Source of the DNA: a virus
Reading direction: 5' to 3' (one strand)
Virus record (IMG/VR): IMGVR_UViG_3300033233_000015
Span: 46,082 to 110,081 of that record
Length of the DNA: 64,000 nt
Below are positions 47,853 through 57,605 of the stretch, in pieces (position 1 is the first letter of the stretch; every line of letters begins with the position of its first letter). The notes under the pieces were generated by a model that was not told where the DNA came from, did not search any database, and was given only the letters and a program-made list of their open reading frames with translations. A program made the translations under genes and the position numbers.

Positions 47853-48805
47853 AGCGGCGTCACCCGAACCGATCGCACGGAGAAGTCCAGGGGACAGTCC
47901 GCTCGAACGAGCACAAGCAGATCGGCACGATCGGCGACGTGAACTTCCCTGAGTACGATGGCGGTCCCGTCTACGATCGGGGCGACGGCACGTACTACAT
48001 GGAGTACGTCGAGATCCCGTCCGACGATCTCGACTTCGGTGATCCGAACGCACGCTGGACCGTATACGGCGTCGAACTCGACCCCGGCGTTCCCTCGTGG
48101 GGCAGCCTGAAGGACGTTGCGCGCACCGTCGGCGCCGATCCGAAGGAGTTGAAGGCCGCCTTCGAGAGCGACGATCCGATGGCGCGCGCGGGCGCGTACA
48201 TGGATTGGGCTGGTCACTACGGCTGGCACGAGTTCGACTCCTATCCGCTCACGCTCACGTGCGCGGAGACCGCGAAGCGGTACGACACCGATCTCGGCTG
48301 CTTCAACAAGATTCACGAAGCGATCGAGGAGATCGTTCAGGAGGAAAGCATGCGACGACGACCGACGATGGCTGCTCGACGACGAATCCCCGCACCGCCT
48401 CCACCCCCTCCTCCTCCGCCCGAACCCGCACGCGTTCGCAAGCCGATCGCGGACATGATCGAGGAGCTGCGCTCTTGGATCCCCAACTACGATCGCGGCG
48501 AGAAGGAGTTCCCGACGCTGCTCTTCCGCGTGATCGCGAGCCTGCCGGGCGGCGATCGCCTCGAAGACATGGGGTACGAGACGTTCAATCTCGGATGGCA
48601 GGAGGCCGACATGCTCGGCCGCACGCTCGAGGCGATTCAGGACACGCGCGACGTCGAAGACCTCGTGAACGGCCTGATGGACGAGGAGGAAGAGGGCGCG
48701 GGCGAGGCGAGGAGAGCACACGCGAACGCTCCGCTCGACCGCAACGCGCAACCGATGCGTCGCAACGTCGCCACGCCGCCGAGGCGACGCTCAAGGAAAC
48801 GCTGA
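47849..48805 (+). CDS. two-domain acidic protein with Arg-rich linkers
   Basis: GTGA coupling. Confidence 0.7.
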   Translation: MKRRHPNRSHGEVQGTVRSNEHKQIGTIGDVNFPEYDGGPVYDRGDGTYYMEYVEIPSDDLDFGDPNARWTVYGVELDPGVPSWGSLKDVARTVGADPKELKAAFESDDPMARAGAYMDWAGHYGWHEFDSYPLTLTCAETAKRYDTDLGCFNKIHEAIEEIVQEESMRRRPTMAARRRIPAPPPPPPPPPEPARVRKPIADMIEELRSWIPNYDRGEKEFPTLLFRVIASLPGGDRLEDMGYETFNLGWQEADMLGRTLEAIQDTRDVEDLVNGLMDEEEEGAGEARRAHANAPLDRNAQPMRRNVATPPRRRSRKR

Positions 48806-50031
48806 TGGCTCGCCGTCGCGCTCTCGACGTGATGAAGCTCGCGGCCGATCTGTCGAAGGCCGTCGGCGGAACAACGCCCGCGGCGATCGCCGGTGGCTTT
48901 CGATGGAGTGATCGAAACGAGGCCGCGAAGTTCACTACGTACAGCCCTGAGCACAATCAGAAGGTCGTCGTCGTCGTCGCTGTCTTCGAAGACGGGAATG
49001 TGTCGGTCGACTTCTTCTCCGACGAGCACCTGTCGGGCAGGTTCGAGAACATCGGGAACTTCCTCTACGGACCCGACGGATACACGTCGCGAAAGATCGA
49101 CGTGAACGAGATGAAGGGTGACGTCGAGTGGGTCTGGAAGACCGTCGACGGGTACGCCGCTAGCTGGCAGCAGGATGATGATCAGGTCGACGAACGCGCC
49201 CACGAAGCGCGCGGCGGATCGATCCGCGAACGGTTCGATCGATTGCGCGCTTCCTGCCTGAAGACCTACGAAGAGAGATCGCAGATCAGGCGCGACATGC
49301 ACGTGAAGTACGGTCCCGAGTTTCAAACGCGATGGGCCTCACGAGGTGAACAGACGAAGTTGGAGAAGGCTCGGGCGCGGCAAAACAAGGCCGACGACGC
49401 CATGTTTGCCTTCATCCAAGAGATTTCCCCTCGCGATTGGAGCGGCGGTGTTCCCGTGGGTTGGGTGGTGCGGGAACTGACGTTCGAGGATGCCGTGCGC
49501 CCCAAGGGCGAACCACTGTCGGTCGTCCCTCCGCTGTCGTACGGCGCCACACGCCCTCTCGCGGCGCCGCGCGAATCTCGCGTCGTGCACTCGACCGCGA
49601 TGGACCACTTCATCAACGGCTACTTTGACGCAGCTCTTTGGGCCGAGACCGACGACAACGATCAACCGTTCGACAAGAACTACAGTTCGGACGACATCGA
49701 CGAAGCCACCGCCGACAAGATGCAGAAGGACTGCGAAGACTTCGTTCGCCGCTTCGGCAGTCTGATCGACGACGACGAGCCCACGCACGGCGGCGGATTC
49801 GACAGGTGGGAGGTCGCTGGCCACGACTTCTGGCTTACGCGCAACGGTCACGGCGCTGGATTTTGGGACGGCGACTGGCCGAAGCACGGTGACGAGCTCA
49901 CGAAGGCGTCGAAGGAGTACGGCGAGTTCTACCTCTACGTCGGCGACGACGGGAAAATTCACGGACCGCCGCCCGGCGCATACGGTGTACGCGAGCGGCG
50001 CCGACCTCGACGCAGGACTCCACGCCGATGA
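48805..50031 (+). CDS. three-domain protein ending in a GHDFWLTRNGHGAGFWD phage domain
   Basis: TGATG coupling; conserved-looking phage motif of unknown function. Confidence 0.7.
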   Translation: MARRRALDVMKLAADLSKAVGGTTPAAIAGGFRWSDRNEAAKFTTYSPEHNQKVVVVVAVFEDGNVSVDFFSDEHLSGRFENIGNFLYGPDGYTSRKIDVNEMKGDVEWVWKTVDGYAASWQQDDDQVDERAHEARGGSIRERFDRLRASCLKTYEERSQIRRDMHVKYGPEFQTRWASRGEQTKLEKARARQNKADDAMFAFIQEISPRDWSGGVPVGWVVRELTFEDAVRPKGEPLSVVPPLSYGATRPLAAPRESRVVHSTAMDHFINGYFDAALWAETDDNDQPFDKNYSSDDIDEATADKMQKDCEDFVRRFGSLIDDDEPTHGGGFDRWEVAGHDFWLTRNGHGAGFWDGDWPKHGDELTKASKEYGEFYLYVGDDGKIHGPPPGAYGVRERRRPRRRTPRR

Positions 50032-50693
50032 GCCGCGCCGAATGGGAAGACCTCGAGACGCTGACCGACGCCGAGCTCGAAGCGGAAGTGCGCGCGATGT
50101 CGCGCGACGCCATCCTGCAGATGCTCTGGTGGAACGATCCGAACGGCGACTACGAGCCTGAGCGTCACGGGGATGAAGATCCCGTCGACACCGCGGATCT
50201 CGCCGACATGCTGATCGATCAGGTCAAGGACAACCGGCCGGCGAACCCGCCTCCGCGTCCGCCGCCCACGCCCGCCAAGCCGACGGGGCTCGCGACGCTC
50301 TCTCGAGCCGAAGTCGAACGTACAGCTCGTAACGTCGAGGCCATCCACGCATGGGAGACCGCGCGCGTGGTCGCCAAAGCGTTCGCCAAGGTCTTCAGAT
50401 CACCGATCGAGAAGGTCGCGCGCGTCGTCATCAGCGAGTATTGGGAGGGCGAGAGCCGCAGGTGGTCGAGCGCCACGATGAAGCCCACGACGGTGCTCAT
50501 CATGACCGAGCCGCCGTCGCCCATCGAGGATCCCTACAGCGAGTACCAGGGTGACGACGGGGACAGCGCGAGCGATCTTTGGGAGCGAACGCTCGACATG
50601 ATTCGCAAGGATCCGTTCATCGAGGACGCGGGGTGGGAGAGCATCAACCCCGCGGTGCAGTACGTGTGGATCGTGCCGAAGATCGTTGGCTAG
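50028..50693 (+). CDS. hypothetical acidic protein
   Basis: ATGA coupling. Confidence 0.65.
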   Translation: MSRAEWEDLETLTDAELEAEVRAMSRDAILQMLWWNDPNGDYEPERHGDEDPVDTADLADMLIDQVKDNRPANPPPRPPPTPAKPTGLATLSRAEVERTARNVEAIHAWETARVVAKAFAKVFRSPIEKVARVVISEYWEGESRRWSSATMKPTTVLIMTEPPSPIEDPYSEYQGDDGDSASDLWERTLDMIRKDPFIEDAGWESINPAVQYVWIVPKIVG

Positions 50694-50912
50694 CGTCGCT
50701 AGTGCGCGGTCATCGAGCGCCTCTCGTCTCGGCGCAAGGGCATAGCGGAATCCTCGGCCAGTACGTGAGCGCGACGTTCTCCGCTCGCCCGGCAACGTTC
50801 GTGTAGACGAAGCTGAGCGCGGGCTCGCGGGTAGCCACGGCAAGCTCGGAGAAGCCGACGAGGACGACGGTAAGGCCGATCCCCGTGATTGCGACGCTGT
50901 AACCCCGCGTGT

Positions 50913-51203
50913 TCATCGCCGTTTGCTCATCTTCTTCGTGGCGCGCTTGATGCGCTCCTCGACCTCTAGGATCGCGTGGACGAACGCCGGTATGTGCTCG
51001 GCGCTGATCGCTAACTCCTGGACGGCGAACCGCCCGCGCTCCTCTGCGGTGATCAAAACGTCGCCGTCTTCGGCATCGACTGTGATGGTCACCGCCTTGT
51101 CGGTCGACACGAGAAGGAACGGGCCGCGCGAACGCGGGCGCTTTTTCCGGTTCTGGTCACCGGACGGCGGGCTCACGGCTCCCTCTGCACGAGGTTTGCG
51201 CAT
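50913..51203 (-). CDS. hypothetical protein
   Basis: leftward operon ORF. Confidence 0.5.
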   Translation of the reverse strand: MRKPRAEGAVSPPSGDQNRKKRPRSRGPFLLVSTDKAVTITVDAEDGDVLITAEERGRFAVQELAISAEHIPAFVHAILEVEERIKRATKKMSKRR

Positions 51204-51373
51204 TCATCGCAGAGCGCCGGGGTGTCATCGAAAGCGCCGATGCACCATCCGAACGAACGATCGCAGCGATTGCAGACGTACACGCCGCCGCACTCGTAGG
51301 CCGGCTTGTCGCCGATGAGGACGCGCGCGCAGTCCGGTGTGTGAGCCACCGCCGTCAGTCTGGTTTTCGGCGT

Positions 51374-51751
51374 TCATCGGTACCCCATGAGGTCGTCGAC
51401 GATGCCCTTCATCGTCCCTTCGATGACGGGACTTTCGAGTCCGCTCAGCACGTCCGCGGTCTCCTCCTCGCCGAGCCGCGCGAGCAGGCATGCACGGGCG
51501 CGCGTGTAGTAGCGAGGTCGCGCACTCAATGACGCCGCGACCGGCACGGAGATCGTCAGAAACGAGAGCACGGTCGCCGTGTCTGCCAGGCGCGTGACGT
51601 CGATCGAGTCGATGATCGCGTCAGCTGTTGCCCAATCTTTCGCAGCGAACAATTCGTGCATCCGCGCGTAGACGAGATCGATCGCCGCGTCGACGTCCTC
51701 GCCGTCGAGGCGATAGACGTCCGCCACCCAAATTGAAGACCCGGCGTTCAC
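51374..51751 (-). CDS. hypothetical protein
   Basis: AGGAGG SD, coupling. Confidence 0.6.
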   Translation of the reverse strand: MNAGSSIWVADVYRLDGEDVDAAIDLVYARMHELFAAKDWATADAIIDSIDVTRLADTATVLSFLTISVPVAASLSARPRYYTRARACLLARLGEEETADVLSGLESPVIEGTMKGIVDDLMGYR

Positions 51752-52446
51752 GGCTCCTCCTTTTGAAAGGAGTGCTCGACGCGAAACGGGAGCGCAGCGA
51801 ATGCTTCGCGAGCGCGTGTGGTTTGCCCGTTGCGCCAGTCACGGATCCCCAACAGCGTTTCCCCAATGCGACGATCTACTTCGCGATCGTCGGCCGAGAG
51901 CTGCTCCCACGGCAGAAGATGATGCGGCTTGCCACCGTCGCGATCGTGCGCCCACACGACCCACACCTCCCTGACAAGCCGACCCAATGCTTCGCGAACG
52001 AGCGTCGAGCGCGGATTGTAGTGACCGTGTTTGCAGCGCCACGATGTGTCCGCCCATTCGTCCAACGGCTCATCGCAAACGTTCGTGACGTCCGCGGCGG
52101 AGTGAGGGAGCAAGCATCGTTTCCAGATCGGAAGGTTCATCGCGCACTCCGGGTGTTTGAACTTGGTGTTCACTTCGGTTCTCCCTCGGTCGCTGGGGTT
52201 ACAGACCGTTGCTCCAGTGCCGCGAGGAAGCCGCAATCGCACGGCCCGGCCTCGCCCCATGCGCTCCTCGGCAACCAAGTTTCGTGCGCACTCGACGGCG
52301 CGGCAGTCCGACATCGGACAGAGCTTCATCGTAGCAATCTTCATCAGCGCCTCGCGTAGCCGCGCGCTCTCCGCTTCGAGCCAATCGATCCGCCGTAGCC
52401 TGCGAAGGATCTCCGCCTCTATCTCGGTGACGGTCGGGTGATTCAT
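51748..52446 (-). CDS. hypothetical protein
   Basis: coupling; LPWEQLSADDREVDRRIG motif. Confidence 0.55.
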   Translation of the reverse strand: MNHPTVTEIEAEILRRLRRIDWLEAESARLREALMKIATMKLCPMSDCRAVECARNLVAEERMGRGRAVRLRLPRGTGATVCNPSDRGRTEVNTKFKHPECAMNLPIWKRCLLPHSAADVTNVCDEPLDEWADTSWRCKHGHYNPRSTLVREALGRLVREVWVVWAHDRDGGKPHHLLPWEQLSADDREVDRRIGETLLGIRDWRNGQTTRAREAFAALPFRVEHSFQKEEP

Positions 52447-52933
52447 TGCTTCTCCGTTCCTCGCTGCGCGCCGAACTTGAGATCCGTTTGAAGCCGCGCG
52501 TTCTCTGCCTCAGCCGCTTCGGCGCGCGTGCGAAGCAGCGCCCCCATTGCCGTCAACACGCGCGACTCTTCCTGAGCCTCTTCGGCCCGACGCAGGAGCC
52601 GCGCGTTCTCCACTTCGAGATCCGTCCTCTGACCAACCAACAACAAGACTTCTTCGTCGCGCCTACAGACGGCCTCGCGAAATTTAGCGTTCTCTGCTTC
52701 GAGCGCGGCGACACGATCAAGCAGATCGGGGACCACCGCGCGTGCAGCGGCCGTGAATCGCGCGTTCGCGATCGTGAACGTCTCGTCGTTGTAGGTGACC
52801 CATGTGCGGCCGTCACCGCAGTAGAACTTGCCGTCCAACAAGCCTTGTCGCCAAGATGCGGATCGTCGATGTCTGCCGTCCATGGCGCTGGCTGCGCTGC
52901 GTCGCAGAGTGCTCGAATCTCTTCGTTCGTCAT
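52443..52933 (-). pseudogene. Ead/Ea22-like phage protein split by a frameshift
   Basis: MTNEEIRALCDAAQPAPW in one frame, ANARFTAAARAVVPDLLDRV in another; shift near 52830-52860. Confidence 0.55.
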
Positions 52934-53415
52934 CGCTTTCGATCCTCGGTAGCAAGTTCGTCGAACTCTTGAATCGCGTGCGCCGCCTCTTGGATCGCGC
53001 TGCACGCTGGATTCAACGAGAAACCGGCGCGCGGACGAAGTTCTCTCAGCGCCTCGACGCATCTGGCCATCTTCGTGTTCTGTAGCCGAGCCTCTTGTCG
53101 CTGCGCGATGATCTTCGTGCGTTCTTCTCGGATGCGTTGGAGTTTCACGTTCTGCGCCTGAACCTGCGCGCGCAGTTTCGAGATCAATGCGTCATCAGCC
53201 TTCGCCGCCGAACGGATCCCCACAACCAACACGACGAGCGCTTTGGCGTCGTCGGCGAGAGCGTTCAAGCCGTGTTCGCTGCACGCGACCGACACTTTGC
53301 CGCCCTTCCAGTGGATCTCCTCGACCGCGATCGACTCGCAGGCCCGCCCTCTCGGCGCAAGCGTCACCGGATCGTGATCGTATCGGAACGAGCAGACCTC
53401 CTCTTTCGTCGCCAT
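52930..53415 (-). CDS. hypothetical protein
   Basis: coupling at both ends. Confidence 0.55.
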   Translation of the reverse strand: MATKEEVCSFRYDHDPVTLAPRGRACESIAVEEIHWKGGKVSVACSEHGLNALADDAKALVVLVVGIRSAAKADDALISKLRAQVQAQNVKLQRIREERTKIIAQRQEARLQNTKMARCVEALRELRPRAGFSLNPACSAIQEAAHAIQEFDELATEDRKR

Positions 53416-53618
53416 CACTTGCCCTTCTTTCCGCGCCGCAGCCAGTCGCCCCTCGGATCGTTGTGCCTGTCGAGCGCCAAGCGGACGAGCGAGCGCACCA
53501 TCTCGCTCTTGTTCTGATAGCCGAGCGCGACGCACGCCTCCTTGAAGAGACGCGACTCGTGAGAGTTGAGGTGAACCACGAACACGTCGTTCCGACCGTC
53601 TTTGCGCAGCATTCTCAT
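53415..53618 (-). CDS. ribbon-helix-helix-like protein
   Basis: VFVVHLN...LGYQNKSEMVRSLVR. Confidence 0.55.
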   Translation of the reverse strand: MRMLRKDGRNDVFVVHLNSHESRLFKEACVALGYQNKSEMVRSLVRLALDRHNDPRGDWLRRGKKGK

Positions 53619-53629
53619 CGTCGATCCTT

Positions 53630-54232
53630 TCACGGAAACGGACACTCCACGACGAGCAGCGTTCCAACCCACGAGCAGCCCGTCGGCACGTTGTCCGACG
53701 GGCACGCCGTTGTAGATCCCGAACTGACGAAGTTAGCAAGCAGGCACACGCACGTGTACGTCGCGGCGCACTGGCACGAGATCGGCGTCGCGCGCGTCAC
53801 GCACGTACCCGAGTTGTTCATGTGCTGGCGGAAGTTCATCGGCACGTCGGCGTTGCCGCACGATGTCGAGCTCACGCGGCCGCCGTCGAACGCGCACGTG
53901 TTCGAGTCGGGCGGCGGCGATGCGTCGTGCAGCTCCGCGTCGAGGCCGACGTCGACGAGAGGATTGGCGTCCGCGCGCGCGTCGCTCGAGGAGTCGCCTT
54001 CGGTGTCGGCGCCGCTGTCGGGGGCGACGCGCTCCTCGAGCGCGGTGAACTCCGCGCCGCAGCCGATGATCATCTGCGCGCAGACGATCACGCGCCACCT
54101 GGAATCAGGCCACTGCCGATGTGACAGACCGCCGAGCGAAATCAGATACCCGATCATCATTTTCGACCTCGCTTTCGACGCGGCGTGGGCGCGTTGTACT
54201 CGTAACGCTTGGCGCACTTCGTACAGATCCAC
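53630..54232 (-). CDS. putative Cys-rich lipoprotein (start uncertain)
   Basis: IIGC lipobox-like, Asp/Ala/Ser spacer, Cys-rich C-terminus. Confidence 0.5.
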   Translation of the reverse strand: MDLYEVRQALRVQRAHAASKARSKMMIGYLISLGGLSHRQWPDSRWRVIVCAQMIIGCGAEFTALEERVAPDSGADTEGDSSSDARADANPLVDVGLDAELHDASPPPDSNTCAFDGGRVSSTSCGNADVPMNFRQHMNNSGTCVTRATPISCQCAATYTCVCLLANFVSSGSTTACPSDNVPTGCSWVGTLLVVECPFP

Positions 54233-54822
54233 GCGCCGCCACTGAATAGCTTTCGTGGCGTCTCCTCAGTCGAAACCTGGATCCGCACCGCTCTCCATCC
54301 CTCGCCCGTCAGGTGTCCACACCATCCACCCCTGCCGCTCGGGCAGTTTTCTCCGGTAACGGGATGAAGGAACCTCGCACCGCACCCGACGCAGACGAAC
54401 TCCTCGCGTTCTTCGGCCGACTCGTGTTCTCCAGTCAGTTCGCCCGCCGCGAGCATGAAGGCGGAACCGATCTGCACCGCAAATCCGCGTGTGAGCTCGA
54501 ATCGCTCGTCGACCACGACCTCGCGCATGCCGCTCTCGTGCTGAACACGAATCTCGACACGATCTCCGAGGTGAAACCGCATACCGCGCGCGACACGCTC
54601 GAGATCGGCGAGATCCGTGGCAAGTGCCGAGATGGGCACATCGCCCGTCAATGCCTCGCGCAGTGTCTCCCTCGATCGCTTTGCGTTCGTCTTCGTCCAG
54701 GGCTCGCCGTCTTGGCAACTTTCTGAGACATCGCGCCACCACACCTCGCCCTCGTCATCGAGTGCGTAGAGGCACTCGCTGGTGTCGTCTTTGACGGCGA
54801 CGATCTGGATGAACTTGCTCAT
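54157..54822 (-). CDS. hypothetical protein
   Basis: coupling; LYALDDEGEVW; Zn ribbons. Confidence 0.55.
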   Translation of the reverse strand: MSKFIQIVAVKDDTSECLYALDDEGEVWWRDVSESCQDGEPWTKTNAKRSRETLREALTGDVPISALATDLADLERVARGMRFHLGDRVEIRVQHESGMREVVVDERFELTRGFAVQIGSAFMLAAGELTGEHESAEEREEFVCVGCGARFLHPVTGENCPSGRGGWCGHLTGEGWRAVRIQVSTEETPRKLFSGGAWICTKCAKRYEYNAPTPRRKRGRK

Positions 54823-55265
54823 CGATTGCTCGTGCGTACGGGGATCTTTCCGCTGCGTGTCGTGACGTCACGAATCTTGGCGAACTCGGGCTCTCCGAAC
54901 GTAGCGATCGATCGGCGAAGCGCATTCGCATACGACTTGTTGTCCGAGTCGAGCTCGCGCTGGAACGCTGCGCGCCACTTCTCGGGGATCGCGCGGCCGG
55001 CCTCGATGTAGAGGCGAGCCCACCCTGCGTAGTTCGGGCCGTCGTCGTCACCATGCGTGAGCTGGCACTTGCCGCAGTTGTCGACCTCGAGACGACTGCG
55101 ATGCGCGCAGCGCTCGGCGAAGATCGCGAGCGCGATGCTCTTCCAGCGCCGAGCTTCGTCGGGGGACCACTTCTCGACGGCAACAGGAAAACCGCCCGTC
55201 ACGTCAGCCTGATCAATTTCCGTCATGACTTCCTGCCTCTCTTCTTCTTCTTCAAGTGCTCTCAC
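54819..55265 (-). CDS. hypothetical protein
   Basis: GGAGG SD, coupling. Confidence 0.55.
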   Translation of the reverse strand: MRALEEEEERQEVMTEIDQADVTGGFPVAVEKWSPDEARRWKSIALAIFAERCAHRSRLEVDNCGKCQLTHGDDDGPNYAGWARLYIEAGRAIPEKWRAAFQRELDSDNKSYANALRRSIATFGEPEFAKIRDVTTRSGKIPVRTSNR

Positions 55266-55888
55266 TCCTCCGCGTCGGCTTCGTTCTCAATCCGAAGAAA
55301 CATTTCTTCGTCGAGGAGCTCGCGAGCCTTCCTCTTGAAGCGCTCGAGCCGAGACTCGCCGTCGGCGATGTTGCGCGCTTTTTCGATCTTCCTCAGTTCC
55401 CCAAGTCGAGACTGAATCGCTTGGGATTCTTGCTTCAACTCCTCGAGGCTCGCCTCTTTCTGCCTGAACCGATGAGGGTCTTCGTACTCACCGTGAGAGA
55501 CCACCCTCGCCTTCGCGTTGCCGATCCATTCCTTCAAGTCGCGGATCTGGCCATCGACATTTTGCTTGTGCAGCAGGAGTACCGATCGTTCACGGACATC
55601 GGCATGAGATGCGCCACGAAGCATCGCGGCTTGAGTCGCCTCAGCTTGGTTCTGCTGCGATCGGCGTGCGGCACGCTCCGAGTTCATCGCCTTCGACATC
55701 GCTTGCGTCCATCGACCGGGGACCGTTTCGAAGACGTCGACACGCGGTATCCCCTGAGCGCGCAGGGCTTCAGAGATCATCGACTTCGTAAAAGGCGGTC
55801 GCATCTCGGGCAACTGAATGCACTCGTCTTCGGGGACGAAGAAGAGAACGCACTCCGGACGATCCGGAAAGACGGCGACACGAATCAT
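55262..55888 (-). CDS. hypothetical coiled-coil protein
   Basis: GAGGAG SD, coupling. Confidence 0.6.
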   Translation of the reverse strand: MIRVAVFPDRPECVLFFVPEDECIQLPEMRPPFTKSMISEALRAQGIPRVDVFETVPGRWTQAMSKAMNSERAARRSQQNQAEATQAAMLRGASHADVRERSVLLLHKQNVDGQIRDLKEWIGNAKARVVSHGEYEDPHRFRQKEASLEELKQESQAIQSRLGELRKIEKARNIADGESRLERFKRKARELLDEEMFLRIENEADAEE

Positions 55889-56097
55889 TGCGTCTCCTCT
55901 TCGCTGCGCGCGTCGATCTCGTCGAACTGCCGAGCGACGTCCTCGATGGTCCTGAACGTGTACGGCTTCTCGTTGTCCCGTACGACGAGGCCGCGCTCCC
56001 AAAGACTGAGGAGCATCGGCGTCGGCTCGAACGACGTCAGACCGATGCCGCGTGCGTAGCGGAGCGTCTCGATCTCGGTGTCGGTGAGTTCCATCAC
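55885..56097 (-). CDS. hypothetical protein
   Basis: coupling. Confidence 0.55.
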   Translation of the reverse strand: MMELTDTEIETLRYARGIGLTSFEPTPMLLSLWERGLVVRDNEKPYTFRTIEDVARQFDEIDARSEEETQ

Positions 56098-56279
56098 TTC
56101 TTCTTTCCCTCCGTCTCGTACGCAACGAGCCCTCGGTGCGCCGCCAACCGAAGAGCCTCCGCTCTGGTGACGCGCATACCCGGTTGCGACAGACGGTCAG
56201 CGAGCCCGTCGAGCCGCTCTAGCCACGATTCGGGGATGCGAACGGCCGTCTGAACCTGATTCTCTTGTTTTTCGGTCAT
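56094..56279 (-). CDS. CopG/RHH-type repressor
   Basis: QTAVRIPESWLERLDGLA...TRAEALRLA. Confidence 0.7.
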   Translation of the reverse strand: MTEKQENQVQTAVRIPESWLERLDGLADRLSQPGMRVTRAEALRLAAHRGLVAYETEGKKK

Positions 56280-56391
56280 TTCGTTGGTCTCCAGGCGATA
56301 GACGACCGTATCACTGCGGTATTCATTACGCCATGAAAAAAGATTCTTGGTTGACGATGAATACCATAGTGCTAGGGTACGTCTTACGAAC
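56280..56391. promoter_or_regulatory. Divergent promoter/operator region
   Basis: AT-rich; TTGACG at 56351; inverted repeat GGTATTCAT (56318-56326)/ATGAATACC (56357-56365). Confidence 0.6.
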
Positions 56392-56976
56392 ATGAAGACG
56401 AAGCGCCTCCCCCGCGGGTTCCGAAAAGGCCACGACGGCTCCCTCGCCTGCCCGCATCGAGACATCTCGTGCTGCGGCGAGTGCGCGAAGGCGCACGAAG
56501 AGATCGTGGACGTGGTGGGTTGTCACTTTTGGGTGCCGAACCCTGCCGATCGCGCGCAGCTGCTCGCGGAGTGCAAGAGCAAGAGCGAGTCGGACACGCC
56601 GCACGATTTCCAACCCTCGACCGCGAAGGGCTACGATCCCAACATCTGCGGCGAGTGCGGCGAGACCGAAGCGAACGGCGAGCACACGGCCGCTGTCGAG
56701 ATCGAGGTCGTCAGCGATCTCGACTACGCCGTCGGCGCCGCCGTCGTGCAGTTCGAAGACCTCGACGAGAAGGATCAGATCGAGGCTGCGGTGCGGGTAC
56801 TCGCATCGATCTCGGGCGTCGATGCGAACCTCATCAAGAAGTCGATCGCCGCTTCGACCCCTCCCGATGTGTCGGCGTTGATGAAGGAGGCGCATCGCCA
56901 ACTCGACCAGCGCACCGAGTCGTCCACACTCGTGCGTCCGCTGCTCGACGCGCTCGAACGCCAGGTGCTCCGATGA
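56392..56976 (+). CDS. hypothetical Zn-binding protein
   Basis: CPH..CCGEC; PHDF...CGECG...H. Confidence 0.6.
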   Translation: MKTKRLPRGFRKGHDGSLACPHRDISCCGECAKAHEEIVDVVGCHFWVPNPADRAQLLAECKSKSESDTPHDFQPSTAKGYDPNICGECGETEANGEHTAAVEIEVVSDLDYAVGAAVVQFEDLDEKDQIEAAVRVLASISGVDANLIKKSIAASTPPDVSALMKEAHRQLDQRTESSTLVRPLLDALERQVLR

Positions 56977-57326
56977 TCGCGCCCTGGACCGACGTGGACG
57001 ACGCGGAGGGAGCCTTCCCGTCCGACTGGCGCGCGCAGTGCGACATCGCGGAGGAGGCCGCGATCGATGGTTGGCCCGCGTCCTCGCACGATGGTCTTCG
57101 CGAGAAGGCGACGATCCCCCTCTGGCTCGGCGTGATGGAGCGCGCGGAGATCCCCGAGACGCGCACGATCAAGATCACCGCGCGCCGCAGCATCAAGTGC
57201 GACACGGCGTTCAGCGACGGCGGCTCGTACGCCACGCGGTCCGACGGCACTGAGGTGCCCGCGCTGGACGTCTACGTGATCGTGAAGTGCTCGCAGCTTC
57301 GCAAAATGATCGGGAGCGCACGATGA
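56973..57326 (+). CDS. hypothetical protein
   Basis: ATGA coupling. Confidence 0.55.
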   Translation: MIAPWTDVDDAEGAFPSDWRAQCDIAEEAAIDGWPASSHDGLREKATIPLWLGVMERAEIPETRTIKITARRSIKCDTAFSDGGSYATRSDGTEVPALDVYVIVKCSQLRKMIGSAR

Positions 57327-57399
57327 TCGCGGCGTGGCTCTCGGTGCTCGTCGTCGGATGCGCGCCGTTCGTGTGGATCGCTTGCTCGAGGGGGTGGCG

Positions 57400-57603
57400 A
57401 TGAAGGCGCGCGATCCCCGCGAGGACGCCCCCGTCGTCGGGATGGATCTCTCGCGATCTACCGAAGACATCCACCGAGACCTCCGCAAGCGGTACCCGCA
57501 GTACCCGTTCCTCTGGTGGGAGTTGGAGACCGACGAGAAGAGCGGTTGGGTCTACCAGGCCCGTACGAAGATCGTCTGCAAGATCGTCCACGTGAAGGAG
57601 TGA
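57400..57603 (+). CDS. hypothetical protein
   Basis: GAGGGGG SD-like. Confidence 0.5.
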   Translation: MKARDPREDAPVVGMDLSRSTEDIHRDLRKRYPQYPFLWWELETDEKSGWVYQARTKIVCKIVHVKE

Positions 57604-57605
57604 GG

